Virus record (IMG/VR): IMGVR_UViG_3300021963_004854
Coordinates: 96,001 to 160,000 of that record
DNA length: 64,000 nt
Strand: one strand, 5' to 3'
Source of the DNA: a virus
The position numbers were made by a program, and so were the translations under genes. The notes beneath the pieces are model-generated. The model had not been told where the DNA came from. It ran no database searches and was given only the letters and a program-made list of their open reading frames with translations. Positions 44,847 through 55,484 of this stretch are shown here, one piece after another. Every line of letters starts with the position of its first letter. The first letter of the stretch is position 1.

Positions 44847-44910
44847 TTGACATTTCTGACGAATCTGCTAGGATGTAAGAGTAGTCAGAAAGAGAAAGTG
44901 ATTCGTTATG
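44847..44910 (+). promoter_or_regulatory. early promoter-RBS cassette with two GANTC sites
   Basis: TTGACA 44847, GAATC 44861, GATTC 44900. Confidence 0.8.
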
Positions 44911-45243
44911 ATTAAGGTTTACCAGTTCCAGCTTACCGATGCCGAAATCGACGCCATCAACCGTGGCGAAGAAAGCGAAAAGTTCACCGCGTATTTCGGT
45001 CGTTCGTTTGAACGCACCTTCAAGCCTGAGTCCTTCGAGTATTACACTCACGTTGCTAACGTTGATGTTGATGGCTTTGAACAGGCCTTCAATGTGATGA
45101 ACCGCTGGGAAGATGATGAGAACTTCAATCGGCTTGAACGCCTCGTTCCCTGTTCTTCCATGTCGGTTGGTGATATCGTTGCCGACCATGACGGCACCCT
45201 CTATCGTTGTGCCTCTTTCGGGTTTGCCAAACTTACCGCTTGA
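44908..45243 (+). CDS. YodL-like early protein
   Basis: SMSVGDIV motif. Confidence 0.6.
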   Translation: MIKVYQFQLTDAEIDAINRGEESEKFTAYFGRSFERTFKPESFEYYTHVANVDVDGFEQAFNVMNRWEDDENFNRLERLVPCSSMSVGDIVADHDGTLYRCASFGFAKLTA

Positions 45244-45303
45244 CATTTGGCACGGTTGTGCTATTATAAAATGTAAGTTGAAAAGAGAAAGTGATTCGTT
45301 ATG
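45240..45303 (+). promoter_or_regulatory. early promoter-RBS cassette, near-identical to 61323-61386
   Basis: TGCTATTATAAAATGTAAGTTGAAAAGAGAAAGTGATTCGTTATGAA shared exactly. Confidence 0.8.
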
Positions 45304-45447
45304 AAGTATGCCCTGATGATTGCCGGTCTGATTGTGATGTGTGTTCCTGAGACGGCTGGTTTCCTTCGTTTCATCCTACAGGGTGGACTCGGTTTGATGA
45401 TGTTCCTCGCTGGTTGGGCTTTGGCTATGGAAGAAGCAAAATGCTAG
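45301..45447 (+). CDS. small membrane protein (48 aa, not in ORF track)
   Basis: MKYALMIAGLIVMCVP..; follows cassette. Confidence 0.65.
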   Translation: MKYALMIAGLIVMCVPETAGFLRFILQGGLGLMMFLAGWALAMEEAKC

Positions 45448-45647
45448 AGATTATAAAATGGTTAGGCACCGCGTGTGTCATCGTCGCTGCCACCTGTCGG
45501 GCGTTTGAGTTCCACACCGTAGACCTCGTTCTGTCCATTATCGGTGCCGCCGCATGGGGTTATGCTGCATATAAGATGCAGGATAAACCTCTCATGGTTG
45601 TGAATGGTTTCATTACCGCTATTCTTCTGTATGGAGTTATGAAATGA
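45441..45647 (+). CDS. small membrane protein
   Basis: Hydrophobic, coupled. Confidence 0.6.
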   Translation: MLEIIKWLGTACVIVAATCRAFEFHTVDLVLSIIGAAAWGYAAYKMQDKPLMVVNGFITAILLYGVMK

Positions 45648-45856
45648 GTTATTGGCTTTTAGTATTCCTGTTCACGCCAGAAGGTGAGTTCTTGGCTAAG
45701 GACGTTTATGAGACTGCGAGCAAGGAGCAATGCGTTGCCTTTGCTGGTGATGTGGCAAAGACTTTGGTCAATAGCAAACTTCAAGCACAGTTCCATTGTG
45801 TGAGTGACGACCACTACATGGGTCGTAAGCAGGATGAAGGTGTAGACTATGACTAA
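45644..45856 (+). CDS. hypothetical protein
   Basis: GGAG RBS, coupled. Confidence 0.6.
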   Translation: MSYWLLVFLFTPEGEFLAKDVYETASKEQCVAFAGDVAKTLVNSKLQAQFHCVSDDHYMGRKQDEGVDYD

Positions 45857-45959
45857 TCATCCTCGCCAACGAGAAATGTGGAATGGATTGACCGGCTCTG
45901 GCTGTTTAGGTATTTTGATTTTGCTTGCTGTGATAACTTTGATTTGGAGTGTCGGTTGA

Positions 45960-46391
45960 ATGGGCAAGTGGTCACAAAGGTTTCTCGACCTAGCCGAGCA
46001 TATCGGCACATGGTCTTATGACCCTCGTACCAAGCTGGGTGCAGTGATTGTTGATGACCGCAATCGTATCATTTCAATCGGCTACAATGGCTTTCCACGT
46101 GGCGTCAAGGATTTGGCTGCCCGCTACGAAGATAGGCCAACCAAGCACCTGTTCGTAGCCCACGCCGAGCGCAATGCACTAGACAACTCTCCCATGTCGG
46201 TTGAGGGTTGCACAATGTATGTACCACTTATGCCTTGTAATGAGTGTGCCAAGAGTATTATCCAGCGCGGTATCAAGAAGGTAATCTGTTATGAGCCAGA
46301 CCGCGAAGATACTTTCAACTGGGAAATTACCGAGTTGATGTTCGCAGAAGCAGGCGTTATGTTGTATAGAGCAAAGCGCGGTGAAGAATAG
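45960..46391 (+). CDS. cd: dCMP deaminase
   Basis: GYNGFPRG, HAERNA, PCNEC. Confidence 0.93.
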   Translation: MGKWSQRFLDLAEHIGTWSYDPRTKLGAVIVDDRNRIISIGYNGFPRGVKDLAARYEDRPTKHLFVAHAERNALDNSPMSVEGCTMYVPLMPCNECAKSIIQRGIKKVICYEPDREDTFNWEITELMFAEAGVMLYRAKRGEE

Positions 46392-46613
46392 TATTGACAA
46401 ATGCCGTAAAGTGTTGTATATTGCAATGACTAACTCAGAAAGTTAAATTATGGATATTCAGTTACAAATGGAACGTATTCAGAATGCCCGTCGAGCAATG
46501 GTTCGCGCCCAGAACCCTAAGTTCCGAGCATTTTGGAATGATGTTGCAAATAAGTTGTTTGCAGAACTTGACGGTCAGCCTTGGCTTCGGACATATGATG
46601 GAAAGTTGAACTA

Positions 46614-46844
46614 ATGATTCTACCTGCTGGTGTAAGTGCTTTTCGTAAACCCGTGCAATTGCCTGGTATGAATTATGGTGAGAGTCATTTTCTAAATGGC
46701 TTCACGTGGCCCTATGTCAATTCTAAGGGTAAGCAGTATAATACCACGCTGACATCCAGCGGCTGGGTTTGCGATTGTATGGGTTATAACTTCCACAACA
46801 AGTGTAAGCATATTGTTGCGGTTCACGAAAAGGTTACATCATGA
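46614..46844 (+). CDS. SWIM zinc-finger protein
   Basis: CDC..CKH. Confidence 0.7.
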   Translation: MILPAGVSAFRKPVQLPGMNYGESHFLNGFTWPYVNSKGKQYNTTLTSSGWVCDCMGYNFHNKCKHIVAVHEKVTS

Positions 46845-47248
46845 TTATTCAAAATGCCGTAAGTTGTAATGGTTGCGGAGATTTCATTGTCTCTAAGCAC
46901 CGCCATGATTTTGTTACCTGCACATGTGGTGCAATCTCGGTGGACGGCGGCCAAGCCTACCTGCGCCGTATTGGTAGTTTGGCGCCGGGAACATACGTCG
47001 ATCTTTCGTGGGAACTTCCTGATGGATTGTATCAAGCCTGTGCGCAAGCGGTGCTTGATGCAGAAGCCTCTGGTCGAAACCACATTGGTGTGGCAAATGC
47101 CGTGATGCGAACCTTGCGTGAAGCCGACCGAATTGTTGCTGACCATGAACCGCGTATCATGGCCGAGAACAAGGATCTTGATGAGATTATGGTAGTAGAA
47201 GCCGATGGAACAGTAAATCGTTATAGAAAGGTAATTATAGATGCTTGA
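46841..47248 (+). CDS. Zn-binding hypothetical phage protein
   Basis: CNGC..HRHDFVTCTCG..VDGG. Confidence 0.65.
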   Translation: MIIQNAVSCNGCGDFIVSKHRHDFVTCTCGAISVDGGQAYLRRIGSLAPGTYVDLSWELPDGLYQACAQAVLDAEASGRNHIGVANAVMRTLREADRIVADHEPRIMAENKDLDEIMVVEADGTVNRYRKVIIDA

Positions 47249-47660
47249 ATGTTTGATTATGGGTGATAGTATCGCCGTTGGAACTAAGATGTTTGCACCC
47301 ACAGAATGCGTTTCGTATTCTAAGGGTGGCTGGAATACATGGCAATGGAATAAGAAGTGGGGTGAGACTCCACTTGAAGCCAAGCGAGTTGTTATCAGCC
47401 TCGGTACCAATGACCACAAAGGCGTCAACACCTTCAAAGAATTGATGAAGATTCGATATCGTATCCGGTCAGTTCAGGTAGTATGGATCATGCCACCTTG
47501 CAATAAGAAGTTCTGTAAGCCTGGCGTGAACAAGAATGTGACAGATATTGCCACGCGCTACGGCGATAAGATTATCGCAACACCACATGTTCAACCGGAT
47601 GGCATTCATCCCTCGTGGCGTGGTTACAAGTCTCTAGTGCAGCAAGCAGGATTGAAATAA
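47241..47660 (+). CDS. SGNH/GDSL hydrolase
   Basis: MGDSIA, LGTND, DGIHP. Confidence 0.85.
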   Translation: MLECLIMGDSIAVGTKMFAPTECVSYSKGGWNTWQWNKKWGETPLEAKRVVISLGTNDHKGVNTFKELMKIRYRIRSVQVVWIMPPCNKKFCKPGVNKNVTDIATRYGDKIIATPHVQPDGIHPSWRGYKSLVQQAGLK

Positions 47661-47838
47661 TGAAAGATGTAAAGCAAAAAGCAATAGGAGCTCTGCCATA
47701 TGTGGCAGTATTTGGTGTCGCCGCGCTGGCAGTATATGGCATCACTAAAATTGTAAAGTCGGTAAAAGATATTGACTTTCCTCTAGATTTTGGCTATGAT
47801 AGTCATCTAGACAAGTTCACTAAGTAAGAAAGCGTATC

Positions 47839-48987
47839 GTGACATATTATCTTCGTAATGCAAACACCTTTCGAGTAACAGATGAAAACTCGATTGATAT
47901 CACCACTTCTCTTCCCGCTGACAACTATCTTGTCAAGGCAGACCAGTTCGGCAATCTGTTCCTAGAAACAGTTGACCGCTTCGAACCTCTGACCAAGTAT
48001 TACGGTGATACTCTCCGTAATGCTGACCGTATCATGCGAACCTTCAATGACCGCAGCGCATCCACTGGTGTGTTGCTGACGGGCGAGAAGGGTTCAGGTA
48101 AGACGCTGCTGGCAAAGCACCTGTCTATCATGGGTTATGAAGCTGGTATGCCTACCATCTTGATTAATTCGTCATGGACTGGCGACTCGTTTAATAAGTT
48201 AATTCAAGATATCCAGCAACCATCGATTGTCATGTTTGACGAATTCGAAAAGGTCTATGACCGCGAAGGACAGGAAAAGATGCTGACCCTGCTTGATGGT
48301 GTGTATGCCAGCAAGACTTTGTTCGTGTTGACCTGCAATGACAAATGGCGTATCGACTCGCATATGCGCAATCGTCCTGGTCGTATCTTCTATTCACTTG
48401 ACTTCAAGGGTCTGTCGGAAGAATTCATCCGCGACTATTGCAATGATGTTCTGAATAATAAGTCTCATATCGACCAGATTACCAAGATTGCCACACTGTT
48501 TGGTGAATTCAACTTCGATATGCTCAAGGCACTAGTCGAGGACATGAACCGCTATGACGAATCGCCGCAGGAAGCAATGCGTCTCCTGAACGCCAAGCCT
48601 GAATATGACAATGCTGAACCCGATTACACGGTTCAACTTATCATCAATGGTGAAGTTGTTCCTGAGAAGTATCTTGGCACTACGGAACTTGATTTCAATC
48701 CGCTGACTGTGACCGAACGTTTCCATATTCATTATGGCACCGAATATGCAGACGAAGACGATGATGATTTGGAAGACGATCTGGTTGTGACAGATTCGAC
48801 ACGTTTCCGCCCGGTGACCGCCCGAACGCGCCAAGATAATCGCTCCAAGTATGCAGTCTTCACGCCCGCTGACCTGGCACATGTCAATGCCAAGACTGGT
48901 TCGTTCGTCTTCACCAACGCTGCTGGCGAATCTGTCCAGCTGACTAAGAAGGTAGCTAAGAGCAACTTCTACTGGGGCGCCCTGTAA
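47839..48987 (+). CDS. AAA ATPase
   Basis: GEKGSGKT, MFDEFEK, NRPGR. Confidence 0.9.
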   Translation: MTYYLRNANTFRVTDENSIDITTSLPADNYLVKADQFGNLFLETVDRFEPLTKYYGDTLRNADRIMRTFNDRSASTGVLLTGEKGSGKTLLAKHLSIMGYEAGMPTILINSSWTGDSFNKLIQDIQQPSIVMFDEFEKVYDREGQEKMLTLLDGVYASKTLFVLTCNDKWRIDSHMRNRPGRIFYSLDFKGLSEEFIRDYCNDVLNNKSHIDQITKIATLFGEFNFDMLKALVEDMNRYDESPQEAMRLLNAKPEYDNAEPDYTVQLIINGEVVPEKYLGTTELDFNPLTVTERFHIHYGTEYADEDDDDLEDDLVVTDSTRFRPVTARTRQDNRSKYAVFTPADLAHVNAKTGSFVFTNAAGESVQLTKKVAKSNFYWGAL

Positions 48988-49521
48988 ATGCTATCTGTCG
49001 CCGACGATTTTCTGTCCGCGATGGAACTAGAATATCACAGAATGATTCTGTTATCTAAAGTGGATGTACCTACGCTCAATAAATTTGGGATGTGGGTGCA
49101 TTCACATGAGATTGAAAGTGGCCAGCTGAATGATATTCATTATAAGCTAGGCGTGATTTGGAAAATCACCGCAGAAAAAACCCAGAATTATTTCAAAGAT
49201 GTTCTGGGTGTAGATGTGGTACCATATAGTTTTCGGTATCAATGCACCAACTCAGACTATACCATTCATCCACACAAAGATGGTTCTGTCCGTGATAAAT
49301 CTATTGACAATTGCTATAGTTCTATTGTATATCTAAATGATGAGTGGGACGAAAGTCTTGGTGGTAACTTCGAAGTTCGCAACCAGTCTGTACCATCATT
49401 ACCCAATAGAATGGTAATTTATTCAAGGGATGAAGAACATTGGGTATCTAAATCATTACAAGATTGGAAGATACCGAGAATGATGTTATTGATTAGTTGG
49501 AGTAAGAAAGATGAAAGTTAA
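48988..49521 (+). CDS. 2OG-Fe(II) oxygenase
   Basis: HPHKD..YLNDEW..GG..EHWV..RMM. Confidence 0.8.
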   Translation: MLSVADDFLSAMELEYHRMILLSKVDVPTLNKFGMWVHSHEIESGQLNDIHYKLGVIWKITAEKTQNYFKDVLGVDVVPYSFRYQCTNSDYTIHPHKDGSVRDKSIDNCYSSIVYLNDEWDESLGGNFEVRNQSVPSLPNRMVIYSRDEEHWVSKSLQDWKIPRMMLLISWSKKDES

Positions 49522-50065
49522 TATTGGAACATATAGAACCTACTTCGGTCCATACCAACTAGCAGAAAAGATTCTATTCTGGAAGGACAAGGATGGCGAT
49601 GCTGTCTTTCATCTGGGAGAGAAAATTAGTGAAACTTTCGTCGGCAAGTTTCTCTTCTGGATTGACAGTAAGAAGAAGCGCACAGAAAAAGTTCATATCG
49701 ACAAGTATGATACTTGGAGTATGGACAACACTCTTGCTCTGATTATTCTCCCCATGCTAAAGCAACTCAAGGCGACCAAGCATGGTTCACCTGCCGTGGC
49801 AGATGAGGATGTTCCAGAAGAACTTCGCTTTGCTGCTTCGGAAGACCCCGGTCATGAGTTTGAAACTGACAGTAACTGGCACAAGCGTTGGGACTGGGTC
49901 ATGGATGAAATGATCTGGGCATTTGAACAGATTGCGGATGATAACAGCGATGCTGTTTATTTTCAAGATGGCACCCTTAATGTAGAAGCATGGAAAGCAT
50001 ATAATAAGCGTATTGACAACGGCACCAGACTGTTTGGTGTTTACTTTAGAGGACTGTGGGACTAA
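49511..50065 (+). CDS. conserved phage hypothetical protein
   Basis: DTWSMD..WDWVMDEMIWAF..GLWD. Confidence 0.65.
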   Translation: MKVNIGTYRTYFGPYQLAEKILFWKDKDGDAVFHLGEKISETFVGKFLFWIDSKKKRTEKVHIDKYDTWSMDNTLALIILPMLKQLKATKHGSPAVADEDVPEELRFAASEDPGHEFETDSNWHKRWDWVMDEMIWAFEQIADDNSDAVYFQDGTLNVEAWKAYNKRIDNGTRLFGVYFRGLWD

Positions 50066-50741
50066 TGACTAAGTTTACTGTTGAAATTGATTACGATATG
50101 TCGGATAAGATTACGTTTGATAATCTCAAGGATTGTCGCCAGCGTTTTCTAAATGACCTGGGGCAGAACAATTCCGTTTTTGTATGGGATAGCCCAGAAG
50201 AAGATGATGCTGAAATCCAGCGGCATATTGATGCGCTTGATATTATTCTCAAGTGGTATGGTACACCCGAACAATTGAAGGAGATTTACGGTGAGTGAGC
50301 CAAAGACTACCAAGGGCGGTGTATTTGCACCTACCGATATTCCCGTTATCAAGCGGGCATTGCACTCTTATCTACTCGACCTTATGCGAGTAGAGGGATA
50401 TAGTGAACGCAACCCTCATCCAGATGTGACGGTTATCTCAAACCTACTACACCGATTGGGCCGCATCGATGGCTAAGTATCTCGTTGAAACTATTTCCAT
50501 GTTTCGTATCCGGTATGTCATTGAGGCAGAGAACGCGGAACATGCAAAGGATGAAGTCACCATGAATGATGATGGTGAACTCCGAGAGTTTTCTCAGATG
50601 CATGTTGATGAGAATATCACCTCTGTCCGAGAGATTGATCGTGAAGAATACCTTCGCTTGTTCAATGAAGACAACGACTATCTCCAAGGCTGGGATGATG
50701 ATCACAAACTGTCCTTTGTAAACGTTATAAATTATACATGA
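50065..50741 (+). CDS. three small hypothetical ORFs (50065-50298, 50291-50476, 50469-50741)
   Basis: Overlapping coupled ORFs. Confidence 0.55.
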
Positions 50742-51475
50742 TGAAAAAAACTCTATATGTAAACGGTTGTAGTTTTGCCTATGGCATAGGCATTGAACGG
50801 TATGCACCGGGTAATATGAAAGAAGTATACTCCAAGTGTGAGGCCCTTCGCTTCTCCAAGCGGTTGGCTGATGCCTGGGATATGGAAGAAATGAATGTAG
50901 CCACACCTGGCTCGTCAAACTCTCGCATTGCCCGCCGGTCATTTATTGATATTCTACAGCACAAACCAGATAGAGTAATCATTGTCTGGTCTGATCCTTC
51001 GCGGTTCGAGTTTACAGACTATCGGGATGATCCATATCCATTCAACACAGATGCGCTTCAACTTCGCGGGTCATCTGTAGACTTCGATGACATTCCTAAA
51101 TCCACAAAGAAGGCTCTAGCCACATACTATGAACAGTTGTCTTCATATCATTCTGACTTATTGAAGACCCTACATCATGTGGCCACAATCAAGAACCTTT
51201 GTGATTCTTTGAATATTCCATGTATTCAATTGTGGTTCCGCGATGCATGTATTGACAACGCATTGAAGCGCGGCCTTCAGACTCGCCGTATTGCCACTCG
51301 CAAGACCATGGATGAGTATATCGACTATCTAGAACCTGATCCAAATATCTTCCTGTTTGACAAGAGTAAGACATTTGAGTCCATGGGCAAAAACCTATTG
51401 TGTCCATGGGACGATCATCCAAGTGAAGAGGCTCACGTTCATGTTGCTGAATGGTTCAAGGAATACTTTAAATAA
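50738..51475 (+). CDS. SGNH-like protein
   Basis: NGCSFAYG, GSSN, WSDPSR, DDHP. Confidence 0.7.
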   Translation: MMKKTLYVNGCSFAYGIGIERYAPGNMKEVYSKCEALRFSKRLADAWDMEEMNVATPGSSNSRIARRSFIDILQHKPDRVIIVWSDPSRFEFTDYRDDPYPFNTDALQLRGSSVDFDDIPKSTKKALATYYEQLSSYHSDLLKTLHHVATIKNLCDSLNIPCIQLWFRDACIDNALKRGLQTRRIATRKTMDEYIDYLEPDPNIFLFDKSKTFESMGKNLLCPWDDHPSEEAHVHVAEWFKEYFK

Positions 51476-51477
51476 AT

Positions 51478-52336
51478 ATGAATATGATTGATAATTCATA
51501 TGATCCTACTCGCAGACTTACTGGTAGAGAACGCAAAGAAAAGCGCGTTTCCCTAATGGAAGATGTTGATGAATACATCCAAGAGATTGTGATGTATTGC
51601 GATGATGAAGAAGATTTGATTGCCCTTGGCTCTCTTCTCCAGGTAATTTCCAAAAACATTCTTACTACGGTTATGGACAAAGGCGACTGGCGCCACGTTA
51701 TTAACAAGTTTGCAAAAGACGTAGAGCAACAACAAGACGTAAGGTCCACCATGGAGTCCATACGCAAATACATGTGAGGTGACGATGGATAAGCAAAGCA
51801 TAATTAATCATATCAAAGCACTTGAACAGAAACACCGCGAACAAGATGAATCCCTTGAAATCCTTATGCAACGGCCGAAGCCACAGGAGTGGCTGATGAA
51901 TACAATCAAGCGCCGCAAACTAAAGATCAAAACTGAAATTGAACATTTGAAACAACTACATAATATTGGAGATTTGTAATGATTATTAATACACAAATTT
52001 TATTTAATGATATGACCAGCGACATGGAAACAGAAGCAGGTGAAAGCACCATAAATTGCAACATCTATGTTGATGCACAGGGTGCTATGCCATCTGAAAA
52101 GGAAAAGGTAAAGGCCATTCTGGACCAGGCATACAAGGATATTAGGTCGGCGCTCTATGCGGTGTAAAATCGACAACGACAAGTGGGAAAATGTTGGTAA
52201 GATTTATTTCGTCCATGAAGCCAAGACTAGGGAAAAATCCACTGCGGTGCAGCTTACCCTAGAGGACGATGATGGTAACATTATCACTACCACGGTCGCC
52301 AACCATCAAATCGAATGGCTTGAAGAAAGTTCTTGA
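51478..52336 (+). CDS. four small hypothetical ORFs (51478-51777, 51779-51979, 51979-52167, 52157-52336)
   Basis: Coupled ORFs; 51779 is a DUF465-like coiled coil. Confidence 0.55.
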
Positions 52337-52392
52337 CATTTTCTACGAATCTGCTATTGTAGGATAGTAGATAGTAGAGAGAACGAATCATG
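52333..52392 (+). promoter_or_regulatory. early promoter-RBS cassette, downstream GANTC inverted
   Basis: TTGACA 52333, GAATC 52347, CGAATCA directly before ATG 52390. Confidence 0.78.
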
Positions 52393-52860
52393 CAAGTTAC
52401 CATTACCGGAATGATTGGCAAGCGCAAAGAGAAAGCCAAGCTGATTGAGGCTGCTGAATTTTTTGCCGCCCAGTTGATGGACCCACGAATGGTTCGCAAC
52501 CTGACCCTCGATATCGAAGTTTACAAAAACCTTGACGTTGAAGGTGAGTGTGTTGATGAAGACGGCACTCGCAACCCTCGGTGGTTCACCATCGGTCTCA
52601 AGAGCCAAAAAATCGACGCCATGATAAAGACCCTTGCCCACGAAATGGTGCATGTCAAGCAACATGCCAAAAACGAACTCCAGACCGGTCACGCGGTCGC
52701 CGCTCGTGGCGGGTTCAAAATCTACAGCAAGTGGATGGGTGAAATCTGGAAGCCCAAGGGCAAAGAAGACCACTACTTTGATAGCCCTTGGGAGATTGAA
52801 GCCTATGGTCGTGAAGTAGGTCTTTATCACAAGTGGTGTGCAGCACAGGAGGCAGCATGA
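52390..52860 (+). CDS. HExxH zinc metallopeptidase-like protein
   Basis: LAHEMVHVKQ..PWEIEAY. Confidence 0.8.
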   Translation: MQVTITGMIGKRKEKAKLIEAAEFFAAQLMDPRMVRNLTLDIEVYKNLDVEGECVDEDGTRNPRWFTIGLKSQKIDAMIKTLAHEMVHVKQHAKNELQTGHAVAARGGFKIYSKWMGEIWKPKGKEDHYFDSPWEIEAYGREVGLYHKWCAAQEAA

Positions 52861-53219
52861 TGGCAACTGAGTATTGGGTAGTCCGTATCAATTATAATCA
52901 AATTGACCGTGATCATGTTCTTGTAGATGCTGCAACAGCAAAAGAAGCAGAGATGCGTCTCCGCGATAATGGATGTAATGCTCCTTATATTAAGGCGATG
53001 TATAAAGCAAAGGTTTCGAAGTAATGTATAATTTTTGGAATATTTTTGTGAATGAGATTAACAAACATTTCAAGAGTTTACTTGAGTGGTTGTTCTACAT
53101 CGTGGTGTTTAGCATCATTAGTAACCTTGCATACGATGGCGATAAGACAGCCTTTGCTACGATGCTTGCCAGTTATGCAATGCTCTTATCAATTATTAAT
53201 CAACGTAAAGTAAACTCAA

Positions 53220-53783
53220 ATGCCAGCTAGATTTCTAATCAGTGATACCCATTTTGGTCACACCAACACATGGGAAAAGTTTACCCTCGCAGATGGTAGT
53301 CCTCTCCGTCCGTTCACCTCCACCGAGGAGATGGACGAGGCGATGGTAGACAACTGGAACAAGACAGTTCGTCCACAAGATACAGTATATCATCTCGGGG
53401 ACGTAGTAATCGCCCGACGCCATCTGGAAACAGTGAAGCGTCTGAATGGGCGGAAAATCCTTATCCGTGGAAACCATGACATTTACAAGGATAAGGACTA
53501 TTATGGGGCAGGATTCGAGCAGATTCATGGCGTTCGCGTGTTTGTGGATCAGTTCATCCTGTCTCATATTCCCCTGCACCCAGACTGTGTAGGTGAGCGG
53601 TTCAAGCGTAACGTCCACGGTCACCTGCATGGTAATCGGATTATGCAGAAGTATGATACTGGCATGGGATCTACGTGGCATGCAGATTATGACATGCGAC
53701 CAGATCCTCGCTATCTGTGTGTATGTGTGGAGCAGATTAACTACACACCTGTTTCCTTCGATGATGTATTGAAAATGACTTGA
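53220..53783 (+). CDS. calcineurin-like metallophosphoesterase
   Basis: SDTHFGH, HLGD, GNHD, SHIP, HGHLH. Confidence 0.9.
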   Translation: MPARFLISDTHFGHTNTWEKFTLADGSPLRPFTSTEEMDEAMVDNWNKTVRPQDTVYHLGDVVIARRHLETVKRLNGRKILIRGNHDIYKDKDYYGAGFEQIHGVRVFVDQFILSHIPLHPDCVGERFKRNVHGHLHGNRIMQKYDTGMGSTWHADYDMRPDPRYLCVCVEQINYTPVSFDDVLKMT

Positions 53784-53834
53784 CATGGCAGTAAAATCTG
53801 CTATAGTCAATAAGTAATTTAGAGAAAGATAAAA

Positions 53835-54431
53835 ATGAAATTGATTCTTACGGACTGTGACGGTGTTCTAATGGACTGGAATGCCACATTTACTGAGTGG
53901 ATGGCACTCAAGGGCTTCAAAGAAGTCCGCACGGATGTGTACCATATCAACGAACGCTATGGCATTGACAGGAAGCAGAGTAAGGCCCTGGTGCGCGAGT
54001 TCAATGAGAGCGCAGCCATCGGCTTCTTGAAGCCCTTCCGTGATGCCCGTTACTATGTTCGGCGTATGTATGAACAGCATGGCTATCGGTTCCGTGTCAT
54101 TACCAGCCTCAGCTTGGACCCATGGGCGGTCAAGGCCCGTGAAGCAAACCTCAAGCAATACTTCGGTGACGCCATCGAGAGTGTCATTTGCCTTGACTGT
54201 GGTGCCGACAAAGACGATGCTCTTGCACCATACAAGGACAGCGGCATGTTCTGGATTGAAGATAAGCCAGAGAACGTCGAAGCTGGTATGAAGGTGGGTC
54301 TCCGTGGTATTCTGATTGACCACGAACACAACACAGACTGGCTGCCAGCCAGCATGGTAAACGTTGGTGGTAAGCTGGCATATCGGGCCGAAACATGGGC
54401 AGACATTTGCGATATCGTAAAAGATCGGTAA
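53835..54431 (+). CDS. HAD-family nucleotidase (T4 30.2-like)
   Basis: TDCDGVL, WIEDK. Confidence 0.85.
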   Translation: MKLILTDCDGVLMDWNATFTEWMALKGFKEVRTDVYHINERYGIDRKQSKALVREFNESAAIGFLKPFRDARYYVRRMYEQHGYRFRVITSLSLDPWAVKAREANLKQYFGDAIESVICLDCGADKDDALAPYKDSGMFWIEDKPENVEAGMKVGLRGILIDHEHNTDWLPASMVNVGGKLAYRAETWADICDIVKDR

Positions 54432-54433
54432 CA

Positions 54434-54441
54434 TATAAATA
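54434..54441 (+). promoter_or_regulatory. T4-type late promoter TATAAATA
   Basis: Exact consensus, AAGGAG RBS, ATG 54462. Confidence 0.85.
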
Positions 54442-54461
54442 GACGCAATAAGGAGTCTATT

Positions 54462-55139
54462 ATGCTATCATTTGCCGATTTTATCAACCTCGTAGAAGAA
54501 GTCCTAGATGAGGGTATCCACGACCCTGCTAGACGCAAAGCTATCTTCCTAGCAGGTGGTCCTGGTTCCGGCAAGTCTTATGTATCTAAGAAGACCACAC
54601 ATGGTCTTGGCTTCAAGCATGTCAACTCGGATGACCTATTCGAGAAGGGCATGAAGAAGCATGGCATGGAAGCCAATCCAGAAAATATCTACTCCAAGAA
54701 GGGTCAAGACATTCGTGCCCATGCCAAGGAACTAACCAAGAAGCGTGAACACCATTACGTCAAGGGTCGCCTTGGTCTAGTTATTGACGGTACTGGTAAA
54801 GACCCAGAGAAGATTAGAAAGCACTCCGAGCATCTCCGTAAGATGGGTTACGATACCCACATGGTATTCGTAAACACCTCGCTTGAAACAGCCAAGAAGC
54901 GCAATGCCGCTCGTGCCCGCAGTCTACCAGACCATGAAGTCGAACGTATGCACAAGCAAGTGCAGGGCAACATTGGCCACTTCCAGAAGCATTTCGGTGC
55001 AGAACATATGCACATTGTAGACAATGACCACGCAGACGAACATGGTCTGACACAGGTCCATAAGCACATCCGCAAGATAGCATCATCTGCCGTTCGCAAC
55101 CCGATCGGCAAAAGGGAAGACGCCGCGCACCAAAAATAG
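54462..55139 (+). CDS. P-loop kinase (AAA_33/zeta-toxin-like), His-rich
   Basis: AGGPGSGKS, VNSDD, VIDGTG, RNAARAR lid. Confidence 0.85.
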   Translation: MLSFADFINLVEEVLDEGIHDPARRKAIFLAGGPGSGKSYVSKKTTHGLGFKHVNSDDLFEKGMKKHGMEANPENIYSKKGQDIRAHAKELTKKREHHYVKGRLGLVIDGTGKDPEKIRKHSEHLRKMGYDTHMVFVNTSLETAKKRNAARARSLPDHEVERMHKQVQGNIGHFQKHFGAEHMHIVDNDHADEHGLTQVHKHIRKIASSAVRNPIGKREDAAHQK

Positions 55140-55142
55140 TGC

Positions 55143-55484
55143 TTGACTTTCCTCACGAATCTGCTACATTTAATAAGTAGTCAGTGAGAAGAAAGTGATT
55201 CGAAATGATAGTTGCCCAGCCTGCCCTTGACCTCGTTGTGATCCACGAAGACCTGCCTGTTCGGGTTTGGTACAACAACCCTGCCCCTCAGAAAGCAGTC
55301 TGGCTCATCAAGCCCAACGGTTTGATGCGGCTCTACGCCAACGAAGCCGTGATGGCGATGCCAGTGGCTGATGCTGCCATGGCAGCGAAAGCCTTTGCGC
55401 CGGTCGTGAAATGACCGCTTGACATTTGATTGCGAATCGAGTATATTATAAAAGTAGTCAGTGAGAAAGGAATGATTCGTTATG
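55143..55484 (+). promoter_or_regulatory. two early promoter-RBS cassettes (55143-55207, 55419-55484) flanking ORF 55205-55414
   Basis: GAATC 55157 and 55434; GATTC 55197 and 55474. Confidence 0.8.
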
